Under the pieces are notes generated by a model. It was not told where the DNA came from. It saw only the letters and a list, made by a program, of their open reading frames with translations, and searched no databases. This document shows positions 44,109 through 55,042 of a stretch of DNA of 64,000 nucleotides, piece by piece. The stretch's first letter is position 1. Each line of letters starts with the position of its first letter. The DNA is taken from positions 5,704,001-5,768,000 of the forward strand of contig OX337229.1 in NCBI GenBank assembly GCA_946965045.2, given 5' to 3'. Source of the DNA: Epithemia pelagica. Lineage: Eukaryota; Protista; Bacillariophyta. Position numbers and translations under genes: made by a program.

Positions 44109-44490
44109 GTTGTAAGGCATTCACTCGGATCTCTCTTACTCACTTTTCATCAAACCACTTGCGGACCACCTCCAGATAGGGATCTGGCAAATCTAATTGC
44201 GTGACCTTGTCGTTCTCCAATTGCATTGGGACCCCTCATACTAATACATAGTTACGTTGTAAGGCATTCGCTCGGATCTCTCTTACTCACTTTTCATCAA
44301 ACCACTTGCGGACCACCTCCAGATAGGGATCTGGCAAATCTAATTGCGTGACCTTGTCGTTCTCCAATTGCATTGGGATCCCTCATACTAATATATAGTT
44401 ACACGTTGTCTTAAGGCATCCGCTCGGATCTCTCTTATTCACTTTTCATCAAACCACTTGCGGACCATCTCCATACAGGGATCTGGCTCC
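44109..44490 (-). repeat. ~147-bp tandem repeat (about 2.5 copies) of the BTB gene's last codons and 3' flank
   Basis: GTTGT(CT)TAAGGCAT..CTCGGATCTCTCTTA.TCACTTTTCATCAAACCACTTGCGGACCA units start at 44109, 44256 and 44405. Confidence 0.9.
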
Positions 44491-45335
44491 GAGTCGGTTT
44501 TGGAGGATTGCTGCGGAAGAGCCATGGTCCCGGCGGCAGTCAAAGTACCAAGGGCAACGAGTGCCATGCGCGCTTGACCGAGCAATTGAGAGGCACGAAC
44601 AAAGGGATTGCCGTGAAGGCCACCCACTTTGGACAACCCAAGCAAGGTCACAAATTTCGTCCAAGCGGACTGTTCGTGCAAGGCATTTTGCAATTCGGCA
44701 ATTCGATAATACGTGGCTTCAACATATAATTCTGCCAAGACTTTGGAATCTTTGGGCAGTTGAGGCATGTAGGATTGCGTCTTCCAGGAAGCCAAGAGAC
44801 TTGTCATACGACTGGATGTGGTTGTTTCGGAAAAGGCTCGAGGAAGATTGGAATGTTCCAATTCGACTTGATTGCGCAAATATTGCAAAATGAATCCAAA
44901 ATGTTTGGCATCGCGATCAATAAAGACGCCACTGGTGGTATTGTGCATCAAGAGTTCTTGATTGGCTTCCGCTCGTGCGACATGATCGGCCAAGACGGCA
45001 TTGGATGCCACGGTTGATCGCAAGGTAATAAATTCCGTTCCACCCACATTGAGGACAATGCAGGTATCTCCGGCACCATGACGAACAATGGATCCCAAGG
45101 ATTTGGTAGCCGATCCACACAACAAGACTGAATCCGTGTTGGTCGTTGGAGTGACAGCCTTGGTGGACACTGACGAGGAACTCCGACTTGTTGCCCGGTA
45201 CCTCAACACCATACCACCAGGTGGCTTCTTGTTTGGGAGAGAACGTCCAATGAACCGAAAACTCATGGATCGAATCGATGGAGGCCGCAGTGCGACGCTG
45301 GAGGATACATGAGACAACCGCATCATCATTGTCAC
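44439..45335 (-). CDS. BTB/POZ (KCTD-type) protein with R/S-rich presequence-like N-terminus and C-terminal hydrophobic segment
   Basis: IVLNVGGTEFITLRSTV..FIDRDAKHFGFILQYLRN..ELYVEATYYRIAEL. Confidence 0.88.
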   Translation of the reverse strand: MTMMMRLSHVSSSVALRPPSIRSMSFRFIGRSLPNKKPPGGMVLRYRATSRSSSSVSTKAVTPTTNTDSVLLCGSATKSLGSIVRHGAGDTCIVLNVGGTEFITLRSTVASNAVLADHVARAEANQELLMHNTTSGVFIDRDAKHFGFILQYLRNQVELEHSNLPRAFSETTTSSRMTSLLASWKTQSYMPQLPKDSKVLAELYVEATYYRIAELQNALHEQSAWTKFVTLLGLSKVGGLHGNPFVRASQLLGQARMALVALGTLTAAGTMALPQQSSKTDSEPDPCMEMVRKWFDEK

Positions 45336-46015
45336 ACCCAAACGGATCCAGATATCTTTGTGTGTGACACCCTGCTGGGCTGGCGTGACTACAATAAGAG
45401 TTATACAAGTACACTATGAGAAATACAAAATCTATATCTACATCATAGAGTACTGATGTTCTCCTCATCAGGGACTGAAAAATCCAACATCTTGCTTGTG
45501 AATCATCCGGAAGCTGGGAACGTCGCAAGACTCCACGCACGAATAACGGGGATCATGGATCATATCGAATCTGATGTCGTCGAAAGACGATCAGATCTCA
45601 TAAAACTAATAACCCATCAATTTCAGGTCAAGTATCACTCGCTTCTCTTGGATGAACCTACATGGTAATGTTGAACTGGAATCACAAACCTCTTTTTGTT
45701 CAGAACATCTCGTGCTACACGCAAAGCGACCCACAAGTGTGACCTTGGACCATTCAGGTGATGGCTCTTTGGCAGTCGACACCATGGCCAATTCCTCCTC
45801 TACCTCTGAATCTGAGATTCTGTCTCCGTTTCAACGCAATGGTTTGGACAAGACGGCCAATGTGTATTGGTGGGCTGCCTCTGGCTTGGCCATGTGGTTT
45901 CTCTTGATTCATACACCGCCTCTCTTGATGCAACGACAGATTTGAAAGTTTCAGGATCCTCTCTTGATTCTACACTTGATGGGTGCGGGTGGCGTTTATC
46001 TCGCGTGCATTCACA
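45142..46015. repeat. Copy A of a ~870-bp direct segmental duplication (copy B = 47249-47958 plus 55201-55352, split by the copia)
   Basis: Co-linear near-identity covering the BTB 5' end, the shared intergenic region and the 5' part of the membrane-protein gene. Confidence 0.9.
45784..46015 (+). pseudogene. Truncated 5' copy of the membrane-protein gene found at 47876/55201
   Basis: MANSSSTSESEILSPFQRNGLDKTANVYWWAASGLAMWFLLIHTPPLLMQRQI*; 1-nt deletion relative to copy B; homology ends at 46015. Confidence 0.85.
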
Positions 46016-46242
46016 GTGGTGCCCTGTACAAACAACCAATGACAGTCCACTGTCATTACTTCTAGGGCTCCTTGTTTTCCTTCTGGTTTCGGCGGTGTCG
46101 CACTGCCACGAAACAATTGGACCATGTACAGTTTTCCATCACCGCCCTTGGCCGTTCCAATGCCAAATTCGGTAAATTGTTTGCCCAAAATGTTTGGTTT
46201 GCTGGAACAGTCTCGTCGTCGTCGTTGTGCTGGTTCGGTCAT
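46016..46242 (-). pseudogene. CAP/SCP-domain C-terminal fragment
   Basis: NILGKQFTEFGIGTAKGGDGKLYMVQLFRG resembles the CAP-family C-terminal signature; no N-terminal part is visible. Confidence 0.6.
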
Positions 46243-46338
46243 GAATTAGTCATGCATTTCTTCGAAACATGTTTATCTTGAGTTGAAATAGCACGTAGAA
46301 CATCTTGCACCTGCCGTAACGTTCGCCCTTAATTTGGG

Positions 46339-47439
46339 CTAAACTTTATATTTTGGCTTCTTTGCTGGAGGAGATTGGCAAAGGTCAAGATACTTTCCAT
46401 AAAACTTTGTAATCTCACGTTCTTTCCCAAGAGTGTCCCAATGCTTGATGAATTCTTCCTTGTCTTTTTCCACCGGCTCAACCACACGGATAGATTCCCA
46501 ATTCTTGCAGCGTGCGTAGGCAGAGAGGTTGTAGCTTCCAACGACGACATGATTGTCGGTTAAGATCATCGTTTCATGCATCGATGATTTGAGAGTGCAT
46601 CCAGAATGGGCCATATCCGCAACCCTGATCTCGATGCGCTGGAAAAGAGTGCAGCTGTTCCGGGATTCATGCCTTTTCAAAAAGGCTTTGATTTTGCTGA
46701 TTGAGTCAGTTGGATAGGGCTCATATTGTAGCTGACCTTGAGCAAACAGAGCTTTTCTCTCTTCATATGCTGCGATCACGCCATGGTCCACATAGTCCAG
46801 GATTGCAAATATATTTCGTGATGCTCCATAGTGAAGAATAAGGTCCAATGCCAGTTCATCGGAAAGGTGGTATGCCTTGATATAAATGTCAGAATCTTCC
46901 GGTGACTCGTCAAAGACTTTCACGATCGCACGAAAGGGATGTCCTTCAGGTATGTTCGCGGGGCTACGATCCCACCCTGGACGAGGCTTGGCATAGAACG
47001 CTTGCGCACGAAGATCGACATTGTCTTTCAAGGGCTCAATTCGAGGATCGAACCACCCACGGCCAACAATGTCATCGGGGATTTGGATCTCCGCTTCCTG
47101 CTCCTCCTGAGCGAGCGCAAGTTCGGCATCTTCTCGTTCTTGTTCCTCCACAGAGTAATCAGGCAAGTCGTCGTCGGGATGTTGTGTTGGTGACTCCCAA
47201 GCAGCAGTTGATCCATTGTTCCCTGTCTTGGCAGCGTCGTGGACACTCGTCGTTGGTGTGACTGCCTTGGTGGACATTGACGAGGAACTCCGACTTGTTG
47301 CCCGGTACCCCAATACGACTCCACAAGGCGGCTTCTTGTTTGGGAGAGGACGGCCAATGAACCAAACACTCTTGGATCGAATCGATGGAGGCCGCAGTGC
47401 GACTTTGGTGGATACATCATGAGACAAACGCATCATCAC
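46339..47439 (-). CDS. Chimeric ORF: BTB-gene-derived N-terminus fused to a single-motif PLD/Nuc-like domain
   Basis: First ~64 aa match the BTB gene N-terminus; downstream [32 protein letters not shown] matches HxK(x4)D..GSxN with K replaced by T. Confidence 0.7.
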   Translation of the reverse strand: MMMRLSHDVSTKVALRPPSIRSKSVWFIGRPLPNKKPPCGVVLGYRATSRSSSSMSTKAVTPTTSVHDAAKTGNNGSTAAWESPTQHPDDDLPDYSVEEQEREDAELALAQEEQEAEIQIPDDIVGRGWFDPRIEPLKDNVDLRAQAFYAKPRPGWDRSPANIPEGHPFRAIVKVFDESPEDSDIYIKAYHLSDELALDLILHYGASRNIFAILDYVDHGVIAAYEERKALFAQGQLQYEPYPTDSISKIKAFLKRHESRNSCTLFQRIEIRVADMAHSGCTLKSSMHETMILTDNHVVVGSYNLSAYARCKNWESIRVVEPVEKDKEEFIKHWDTLGKEREITKFYGKYLDLCQSPPAKKPKYKV

Positions 47440-48226
47440 GCAAAGTCGTCGATTTCCGTGACACCCTGCGAGACTACTATAAGAGTTATAGAGCTACAAT
47501 ATAGTATATACATAGTTTATATGTAAATAAAAAAGTACGGATGTATTCCTCATCGAGTACCTAAAAAGCAAGAGAGCGACAGCATGGGCATCATCCGGAA
47601 GCTGGGAACATTCGTCATTGTCGTCGTAAGTCGTAAGGTACGAACAACGAGGATCATCTGGAATCTGCGTCGTCGAAAGACAATGAGATCTCATAACTAA
47701 TAACCCAGTTTCAGGTCAAGTAGTATCACTCTCGTCTCTTGGATGAACCTACATGGTAATGTTGAACTGGAATCACAAACCTCTTTTCGTTCAACATCTC
47801 GTGCTACACGCGACGCGACCCACAAGTGTCATGCCCTTGGACCATTCCGGTGATGGTCCTTTGGCAGTCGACACCATGGCCGATTCCTCCTCCTCTACCT
47901 TTGCATCTATGATTCTGCCTCCGTTTCAACGCAATGGTTTGGACAAGACGGCCAACGTTGTCGTTGTGTGAGTGTTAAAGGAGGCGCTCGCTTTGAGGGT
48001 GTTGTAGAGGAGTCGAATGGTCGTAACCGCTTGGGGTTGGCCATTGTGGGACGATTCATTTGGAAGGTTCATAGTTGGTCTATGGAGTGAGGAGTTTGTC
48101 TTTTGAGTAAGTTTGAAAATTATGAGACGGAGTTAGGACTATGTTTTGTGTGGTGAGTGGTAAGGTTGATTCGTGCATGTCTGAGTGAGTAATGGATGGT
48201 ATTGCCTGGAGGCGTTTGTTTTGACA

Positions 48227-48236
48227 CTCGCCCTCG
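48227..48236 (-). promoter_or_regulatory. Polypurine tract (CGAGGGCGAG) abutting the 3' LTR
   Basis: Purine-rich decamer directly before TGTCA on the minus strand. Confidence 0.7.
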
Positions 48237-48245
48237 ACCGTGCAA

Positions 48246-51200
48246 TCACCAGCCCATGATTTTCTTTCGAGAGGTGGTGAAGAGGTTGACGTCAAGAGGT
48301 TTTGTGAAGCAATCCCCAAGTTGAGCATCGGTGGCAATGGCTTTCATGCGGATGCCGTTGGGGCCATCATGTAGTTTTGAGCGGAACCAATGATACTTGA
48401 CGCCGATGTGTTTTGATCGAGGTGTCATGCGGGGAGGATCCTTGGTAGCTAGTTTTAGAGCGGCCTGGTTGTCTTCCCAAATGGTAGTAATACTGGTAGT
48501 TCCTGGTTGTGCAAGATGGAGTTGTTTGGTCATTTTCTGTAGTTGTCGTTGTAAAGGAAGTAGGGTGCGCATGCTGGTACTTGCGGCTATATATTCAGCC
48601 TCCATGGTAGATAGAGCAATTTCGGTCTGTAGTTTACTTGACCAAGTGACGGGAGATCCACCTAGGGAGATAAGGAACCCGGTTCGAGATCGGACACTGG
48701 AAGGATCTTGAGCATCTTCGTTTCCCCAAATTCCGGCGAAATCAGCGTCGACGTAGCAGTCAAGGTTGAGATCTTTTGAGGGCTTAAGTATCAATCCCTT
48801 GTCGTGCGTGCCCTGAAGATACCTTCCGATTCGTTTCAAAGCTTCACCGTGTGTGCAGCGTGGATCGTTGCTAAAGCGAGCAGCTTGATGGATTGCAAAC
48901 GCACAATCGGGCCTTGTGTTGTTACCAAGATAGAGCAGCATGCCAACAACGGAACGGTAGTTGAATGATTCGTTGAGTGGGGGTTTGTGTGTATCCTTCC
49001 CGAGTGTTCGTGTGGCTGGAGTTTGTTTGGGGCAGCTGTCAGTCAATCCAAGAGCGGCGATGATACTCTTTGTCAGATGTGGTTGCGTCAGGACCATGCT
49101 ACCATCATCTTGGCGTGTGATTTGAACTCCAAGGTATGTTGGAAGGTCTCCCAAGTGGTCAAAGTCCATTTGGAGTTGGGTCAAACCAGCTAACAGACGA
49201 TCCACGGTTTCTTGATCTTTTCCACAGATGATTGCGTCGTCGACGTAGGTCACCATAATACAGCCATCCTGACAAAACAAGCAGGGATCATTGCCATCGG
49301 TAGTGAGTCCAAGTTCCTTGAGTCGTGCCTTTAGATAGTTGTACCAAAGACGTGGAGCACGACAGTCGCCGTACAGACTCTTGTGGACTTGCAAAACTTT
49401 GTCGCCATGTCCTTCACCATAGCCGTGAGGCAGGTTCACGTAAATTGGTTCCGGAAGACTGGATTGGACGAATGCGTTTTTGAAATCAATGGATGCTGTT
49501 GCCAAATCGTGTTGTAACGCGAGAATCAACAATAAACGAACGGCGGGCCAGTCGATCACCGGAGCAAATGTGTCTTCTTTGTCAAAGGTAGCTTTTTGCT
49601 GGTCTCCTCGAACGACGAGACGGGCTTTGTATCGTGAGAGAGTCCCATCGGGCAGTCGCTTTCGCTTCAAGGTCCACATGCTGTCAACGATTTCCTTTCC
49701 GTTTGCAGCCCTGCGTGGGACAAGAGTGAATGTTCCTTTTTCCTCCAGTTCGTCGAGTTCGCGATCCATGGCAATGAACCATTTTTCTTGTTCTTCCTGG
49801 TCCATGTGTCGCACGTCGAAGTATGAAGGGTTATCGGCATCAAAAGACTTGGAAGCAAAATATCGTGGGTCCCAGTCGTCAATAATGCCATGAGTGGCAC
49901 TTGATTGCAGCTGGTACGAACGGTCATGGAAGTAACTGGGATGTTCGTGGTCTGGATTGCTGCAGTGGTCCCAATTGAGGTGATTGGCATATGAGGCAAA
50001 GCTGGACGGGTCGGTATTGATGGCTTGAGTGAAGAAGAAGCGGTGCATGTCGTTTGAAAAGGTGTTGAAACGACGGAGACTGTGGTGGTTGCTCCATTCG
50101 CTGGTTGGGAGATCGAAGGTGACATGTCGCTCCGGATCGGGAAAACGACGAGGTGCGGCACGTTGGCGACGAGAACGACGAGGACCGGAATCCAACTCTG
50201 GCTCGCCCAATTCAACTGGCGGTTCCAACTCTGGCTCGCCCAATTCAACTGGCGGTTCCAACTCTGGCTCGCCCAAGTCAACTGGCGGTTCCAACTCTGG
50301 CTCGCCCAATTCAACTGGAGGCATAGGTGTACTGGGAGTACGTGGTGTACGTGGTGGAGTAGAAGGAGGGTTGGGAGAAGCTGGCGCTGGTTGTGGATCA
50401 ATGCGTGGAGTTCTCTCGCCCTCGTCGGCAATAGGAGGATTGGCGGCGACAGATCGGGAAGGGGGCGCCCAGGAAGAATCAAGTGGAGGCAAGTCCCCGT
50501 CGATGTCCGAGCAGTGATCTTCAAGATAGGTGTCGCGAGTAAAGAAATCCGGGAGGTCAATCGGACCCAAAGGAGCTTCCCAAGAACTGTGCACGGTGTG
50601 GAAAAGCTCGTCGTGGACGACATGGAACTGAGGGCTAATGTGGTTGGTAGTCAAATTCCGAATAAGTCCAATGGTGGTGGAGTGTTGCGTCGAAAAACCG
50701 AGAAATTGACCTTGTCGAGCTCGGGGAGACCATTTCGGAACCTTCTTGCCATCTTGGAGACGTGGGTCCAACACATACGAAGGACAACCCCAAACTCGTA
50801 AGCGACGTAATTGGGAACAATGTTCTTTCACGCCAGTGAACAATTCCATGGGTGAGAGAGTGGAGTCTTCACGTGGTACGTGATTATAGATCCAAACGGC
50901 ATAGTCGAGTGCCATGGGCCAAAGGTTTGGAGAAAAGCCGTCGGGCCAATGCAAGTGGCAATGGATCATCATCGTTCGGGCCATACTTGTAACGGTTTGG
51001 ATGGCGCGTTCAGCACCACCGTTCTGATGATGAGCGCCAACACCGGACACAGTATGAAGGGGTTTGACTTCGAGATGGTCTGCCTGTAACGATCGTTCAA
51101 AGGCATCACTAGTAAGAATGCCGTTGTCGGAGTGGTAACGTCGGATGGTGCGGCCGACTTGACTTGCAAACGTTTCGAGGGAGAATTTCGATCGGATGGT

Positions 51201-53192
51201 GTCGCTTCCGCCGAGTGAGACTTGATGGTATACAAAGATGGCACGGGAAGCATGATCGAAAAAGAGAGTTCCACCACAAAAACGATGTTCGGCGCGCTCA
51301 CGTCCTTTGGTGTGATACAAACGTCCACGAACAGAGGACTCGTAGTGGTCGATGGACACCAAATCTCCAGGTTCCAATTTCGAAGGGTCATGAGGGATGT
51401 GCCCGGCATCAGAACGTGGTCGCTTGACGGTAGACTTGGTGGGACGACGTTTGGCTTTACCCAACAAACAGGCTCGACATTTTGGAAGTGGACAAGTAAG
51501 ACAACCAGTGCCTTTCGGTTTGAGACAAGAGTCGGGGCTGGTCTCATGACAGTGGTAGAGGTTTTGGATCTGGCGCATGTTCAAGTGTCCTAATCGTTGG
51601 TGATCCAAGAGTAAATGTTTCTGAGCGGTAGTCAAGTTCTCATTGCTTGTTGAGAGAACGTCATCAGGGTCAACAACTTGTTGGTTCAAGGCATCAGCGA
51701 GAGTAGTTCGAGGCGTGTCATGAGGCTTGGTACAAAGAGGACAACGGCACCAGTTGGTAGTGCTGCAACGACATTGTGGGTCATTGGCATGACTATGGAC
51801 CTTTGTTGAGACGTGAACATTTTTGGCTTTAACCAAAGGGAGGTTTACGTTGTGGTCGATTGGAACGGTTAGTCGCCCACCAATGGCGTCAGTTTTGATA
51901 CTGGCATAAACATCATGATTGCTCTCGAAACTTGGGAATCGTCGATCCAAGTTAAGGTAATCGGCACAAACTTGTGGGGAACAGAGCCGACTTCCAGCGG
52001 CTTTGCAAAGATTGGCAGGGAATGTCCAGCGAATGAGGTCTCCATTTTCGCTGATTGCATCGTACGCTACAATTCCAGCACCAATGATGGGAAACTTGTT
52101 TTCGTTAGCCGCAGTGGACATCGAACCAAAATTGCCGTAAGTTATTTCAACGAAGTCGTCAGAGGACATCGTGAGTCCGTGAGATGCTCCAGTATCTAAG
52201 ATGATGTTCAAAAGAGGGTCTGCTGATGAACAAGCTTGGGGGTCTTCAATAAACATTGTCGGGTCAAGACGGATGTTGAAAAGTTTCGAATTTGTTGTCG
52301 GAGTCAAGCGGTGTGAACGAATCAGATTACTGAAATCATCTCCGAGTTCTTCGAGAGTCAGATCATCAGGGTGAGGAGCAAGGTCGATGTCAGGTCGGGT
52401 TGAAAAAGGTGCTAAGTCAAACAGAGTCTCGCTGCAGAAGGCGCTAAAATGTGGGCCGTATCCAGTCAAGTGAAGATAACGTGGCCGTGGTACAAAAGGT
52501 GTTTCCTCATCATCAAAACCAAGGGTGTCAAGAACTGATTTCCAATCAAAAGTCTTCAAGGAAGGAGTCAACATCAGTTCAAAAAGGTACGTAGAGACAG
52601 TATCGTCGTCAAGGCCATCAATGTAAGAGTTCCAAATCTTGAGGTGTCGTTTTGATAAACGATATTTGCGTCGCATCTCGCCCCGTACCCGAAAGGAAGG
52701 AGTGAACGACTGTAAAGAAAAAGGGTATGTACTGGAAGCAAATCGAACGGAGCCAGTGTGGATGCTGGTCAAAGATGCGGAAGAAAGGTTAACAACGCGG
52801 TCAAGGAGCATTAAACGACAATCAAACCCACTTGGAGGGAAGGCGTGCGGTAGTAAGATGTCAGAGTCGATACGATCCAAGTGACGCTGAAGGGTACCCA
52901 ACGTAGGAAGAGGAACAAGGAAACCAGTAACACCCAACAAGGAAGCGTTGCAACAACTCGAAAGAACAAGCTACAGGTAGAAAAGGGAACCAAGCCAACG
53001 TCGATGTAAAGTTAAAGGGGGAAATCGAAGTAAAACAAACAAAGTAAAACAAACCATCATGGCGGCAAACGAAAGGACGGGCCAAGACCAACAAAGCAAA
53101 CCAAAGCCAGACCAAAACAAGGGACACCACGACAGAATCTCCATGAAATCAAAGCAAGGGGCAGAAGAACACTGGAGGGATGTTCGCCCCAT
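48246..53192 (-). CDS. pol: Copia pol (PR-IN-RT-RNase H) in the -1 frame relative to gag, with one in-frame TAG at 52971-52973
   Basis: IILDTGAS; HQRLGH..CRACLLGK; SIDH/SDNG/AERAIQ; YKARLVVRG, YVDD; YVDADFAG, STMEAEY, EDNQAA, DCFTKPL. Confidence 0.95.
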
Positions 53193-55042
53193 TAAAAATC
53201 CCGACGTCGCAAAGATGAAACGGAAGCAATGGTACCGGTTTGAGTAGACGATGAAGGTGGAGAAGTAGAGTCAGCGACGGTAGCATCGGAATCATCAGAA
53301 GTGGTAGTGTTGCTTGCAGCGGCAGGAGTAGAAGGAGTGTTCTGCCGACAAGCTCGGACCTTGGTTGGATCATGGCGAGAAGTGCTATGGTTGCCCCAAC
53401 GGCCCACACCATTGTCGGTACCGTTAGGACACAAAGCACACCACCAAATCTTCTTGTCGCCGTTAAGGGGGTGAGGCCGCCAGTTGGGTTCACCCTCACC
53501 AGGAGGAGTAGTGTCAATGGGAAGACGAGTCCGGCCTCCACCAGATTTACCCCCGTTGTTGGAGGAAGATTTCTTACTGTCGGACAAGTTTTTCTTACTC
53601 GTGAAAGAAGAACTGTCGGAACTACTTGTGGGCAACCATTTGTCGGCCAAGAGGAGATCATTGTACTTGAGAATGACACGTTCACGGAGCGCCACAAAGT
53701 CTTGTAAAATGGCATCATCATTGTTCTCGAGGTTGTCAAGAAATCCAAGTAACTTCGGAACGGTGCAAGTTTGAAGCTGAATGAAGAAGATATTAGCAAC
53801 ATCCTTGGGAACGTGTCCACTGACATTCAAACGCATGATAGCGTTGTTGAAAGTCGCACAGAAGTTAGGGATGTTTTCTCCAGGGTAATCAGTGACCTTG
53901 TGGGACTCCAAGCGACGGACGATATTGCGAGCAGCTTCATGAGTCGTGGACATCATTTGGTTCAAAATCATGTGAAGAATGAGAGGTCCGCCTTGTTCGT
54001 TTTGGGGAATCGAGATCAACCGATGCTCGATGTCAGAGCAAAGGGTGGATTCACACAATCCCAGAAGTAACTCTTGGCTCCATGAAAGATTCTGGGGATG
54101 GATCTTCTCGCTAGTATTTTCAGCATAGACTTGATTACTTAGGCGAACTTGTCCCTCACTGATCGTACAAGCACTGCTCAACAAATCCACGGTAGGCTTT
54201 GTCTCATCCAGGTCACCAGAGGCCGGATCGATGGGAAGAACTTGGAACACGGACTGCATACAGTAGCTTGTCAAACGGCCCTTGAGGTTGAAGAGCTGCA
54301 TCATGACTTTGTTGTTGTGGCCAAAGAAGTTGGTGTCATTGGTGATACGAATGCTGGCGGTTTCCAGAGTAAAGGCAGGAGACAAAGGAGATACAGCTTC
54401 ATTGCGGAACTCAAAGAGATTCTTGCCTCCCAAAGATTCACGGTACTTGGGGGTAACGGTATCGGCAAAAGCTCCAAGTTCAAAGTCGCGACTTTTCTTT
54501 GCCGTGAAAGTGATACCATTCACGGTGGCCGTATCACCACTCAGAGTCGGAGCAGCGGCTTTGGTCGGCGTCGAGAACGGAGTGTTGATCTTCATGGTGG
54601 TAAGCAAAGGGACTTGGTAAGGCTTCAGAGAGTCTTTGGGTTCAGAGCAACGTTGTGCTTTTACAATGAGTGAAAGAAGGTGAGGACTAATTTGTGAAGC
54701 GGTCGTGAAAAATTGGGAGTCAATTGAATTCGAAGGTAGCGGTTCGGAATTTGATACACAGTTCACGTTGAAAGGTAGCGGTTTGAATTGGTTGGGAGTC
54801 AAGGGCTGTGTTATCTTGAGTCTCACCACGATTCGAGGGTTAAATGTTGTTTTAAAACCAACCATGTTCCAAAGTGAGTATGTCAAAAAGAGTGAGAATA
54901 CCCAGCGGTAGCGTTTGGGCTCATAACCTGTCGTTGTGTGAGTGTTAAAGGAGGCGCTCGCTTTGAGGGTGTTGTAGAGGAGTCGAATGGTCGTAACCGC
55001 TTGGGGTTGGCCATTGTGGGACGATTCATTTGGAAGGTTCAT
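53192..55042 (-). CDS. gag: Copia gag (the reading frame opens inside the 5' LTR)
   Basis: 616-aa ORF; GPLILHMILNQM, YPGENI, atypical knuckle WCALC..WGNH....H. Confidence 0.88.
   Translation of the reverse strand: MNLPNESSHNGQPQAVTTIRLLYNTLKASASFNTHTTTGYEPKRYRWVFSLFLTYSLWNMVGFKTTFNPRIVVRLKITQPLTPNQFKPLPFNVNCVSNSEPLPSNSIDSQFFTTASQISPHLLSLIVKAQRCSEPKDSLKPYQVPLLTTMKINTPFSTPTKAAAPTLSGDTATVNGITFTAKKSRDFELGAFADTVTPKYRESLGGKNLFEFRNEAVSPLSPAFTLETASIRITNDTNFFGHNNKVMMQLFNLKGRLTSYCMQSVFQVLPIDPASGDLDETKPTVDLLSSACTISEGQVRLSNQVYAENTSEKIHPQNLSWSQELLLGLCESTLCSDIEHRLISIPQNEQGGPLILHMILNQMMSTTHEAARNIVRRLESHKVTDYPGENIPNFCATFNNAIMRLNVSGHVPKDVANIFFIQLQTCTVPKLLGFLDNLENNDDAILQDFVALRERVILKYNDLLLADKWLPTSSSDSSSFTSKKNLSDSKKSSSNNGGKSGGGRTRLPIDTTPPGEGEPNWRPHPLNGDKKIWWCALCPNGTDNGVGRWGNHSTSRHDPTKVRACRQNTPSTPAAASNTTTSDDSDATVADSTSPPSSSTQTGTIASVSSLRRRDF
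54917..54928 (-). promoter_or_regulatory. Primer-binding site GGTTATGAGCCC, complementary to the tRNA-iMet anticodon arm (half-tRNA priming)
   Basis: Directly follows the 5' LTR; the plus strand reads GGGCTCATAACC. The arrangement matches the Drosophila copia internal-tRNA PBS. Confidence 0.85.
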
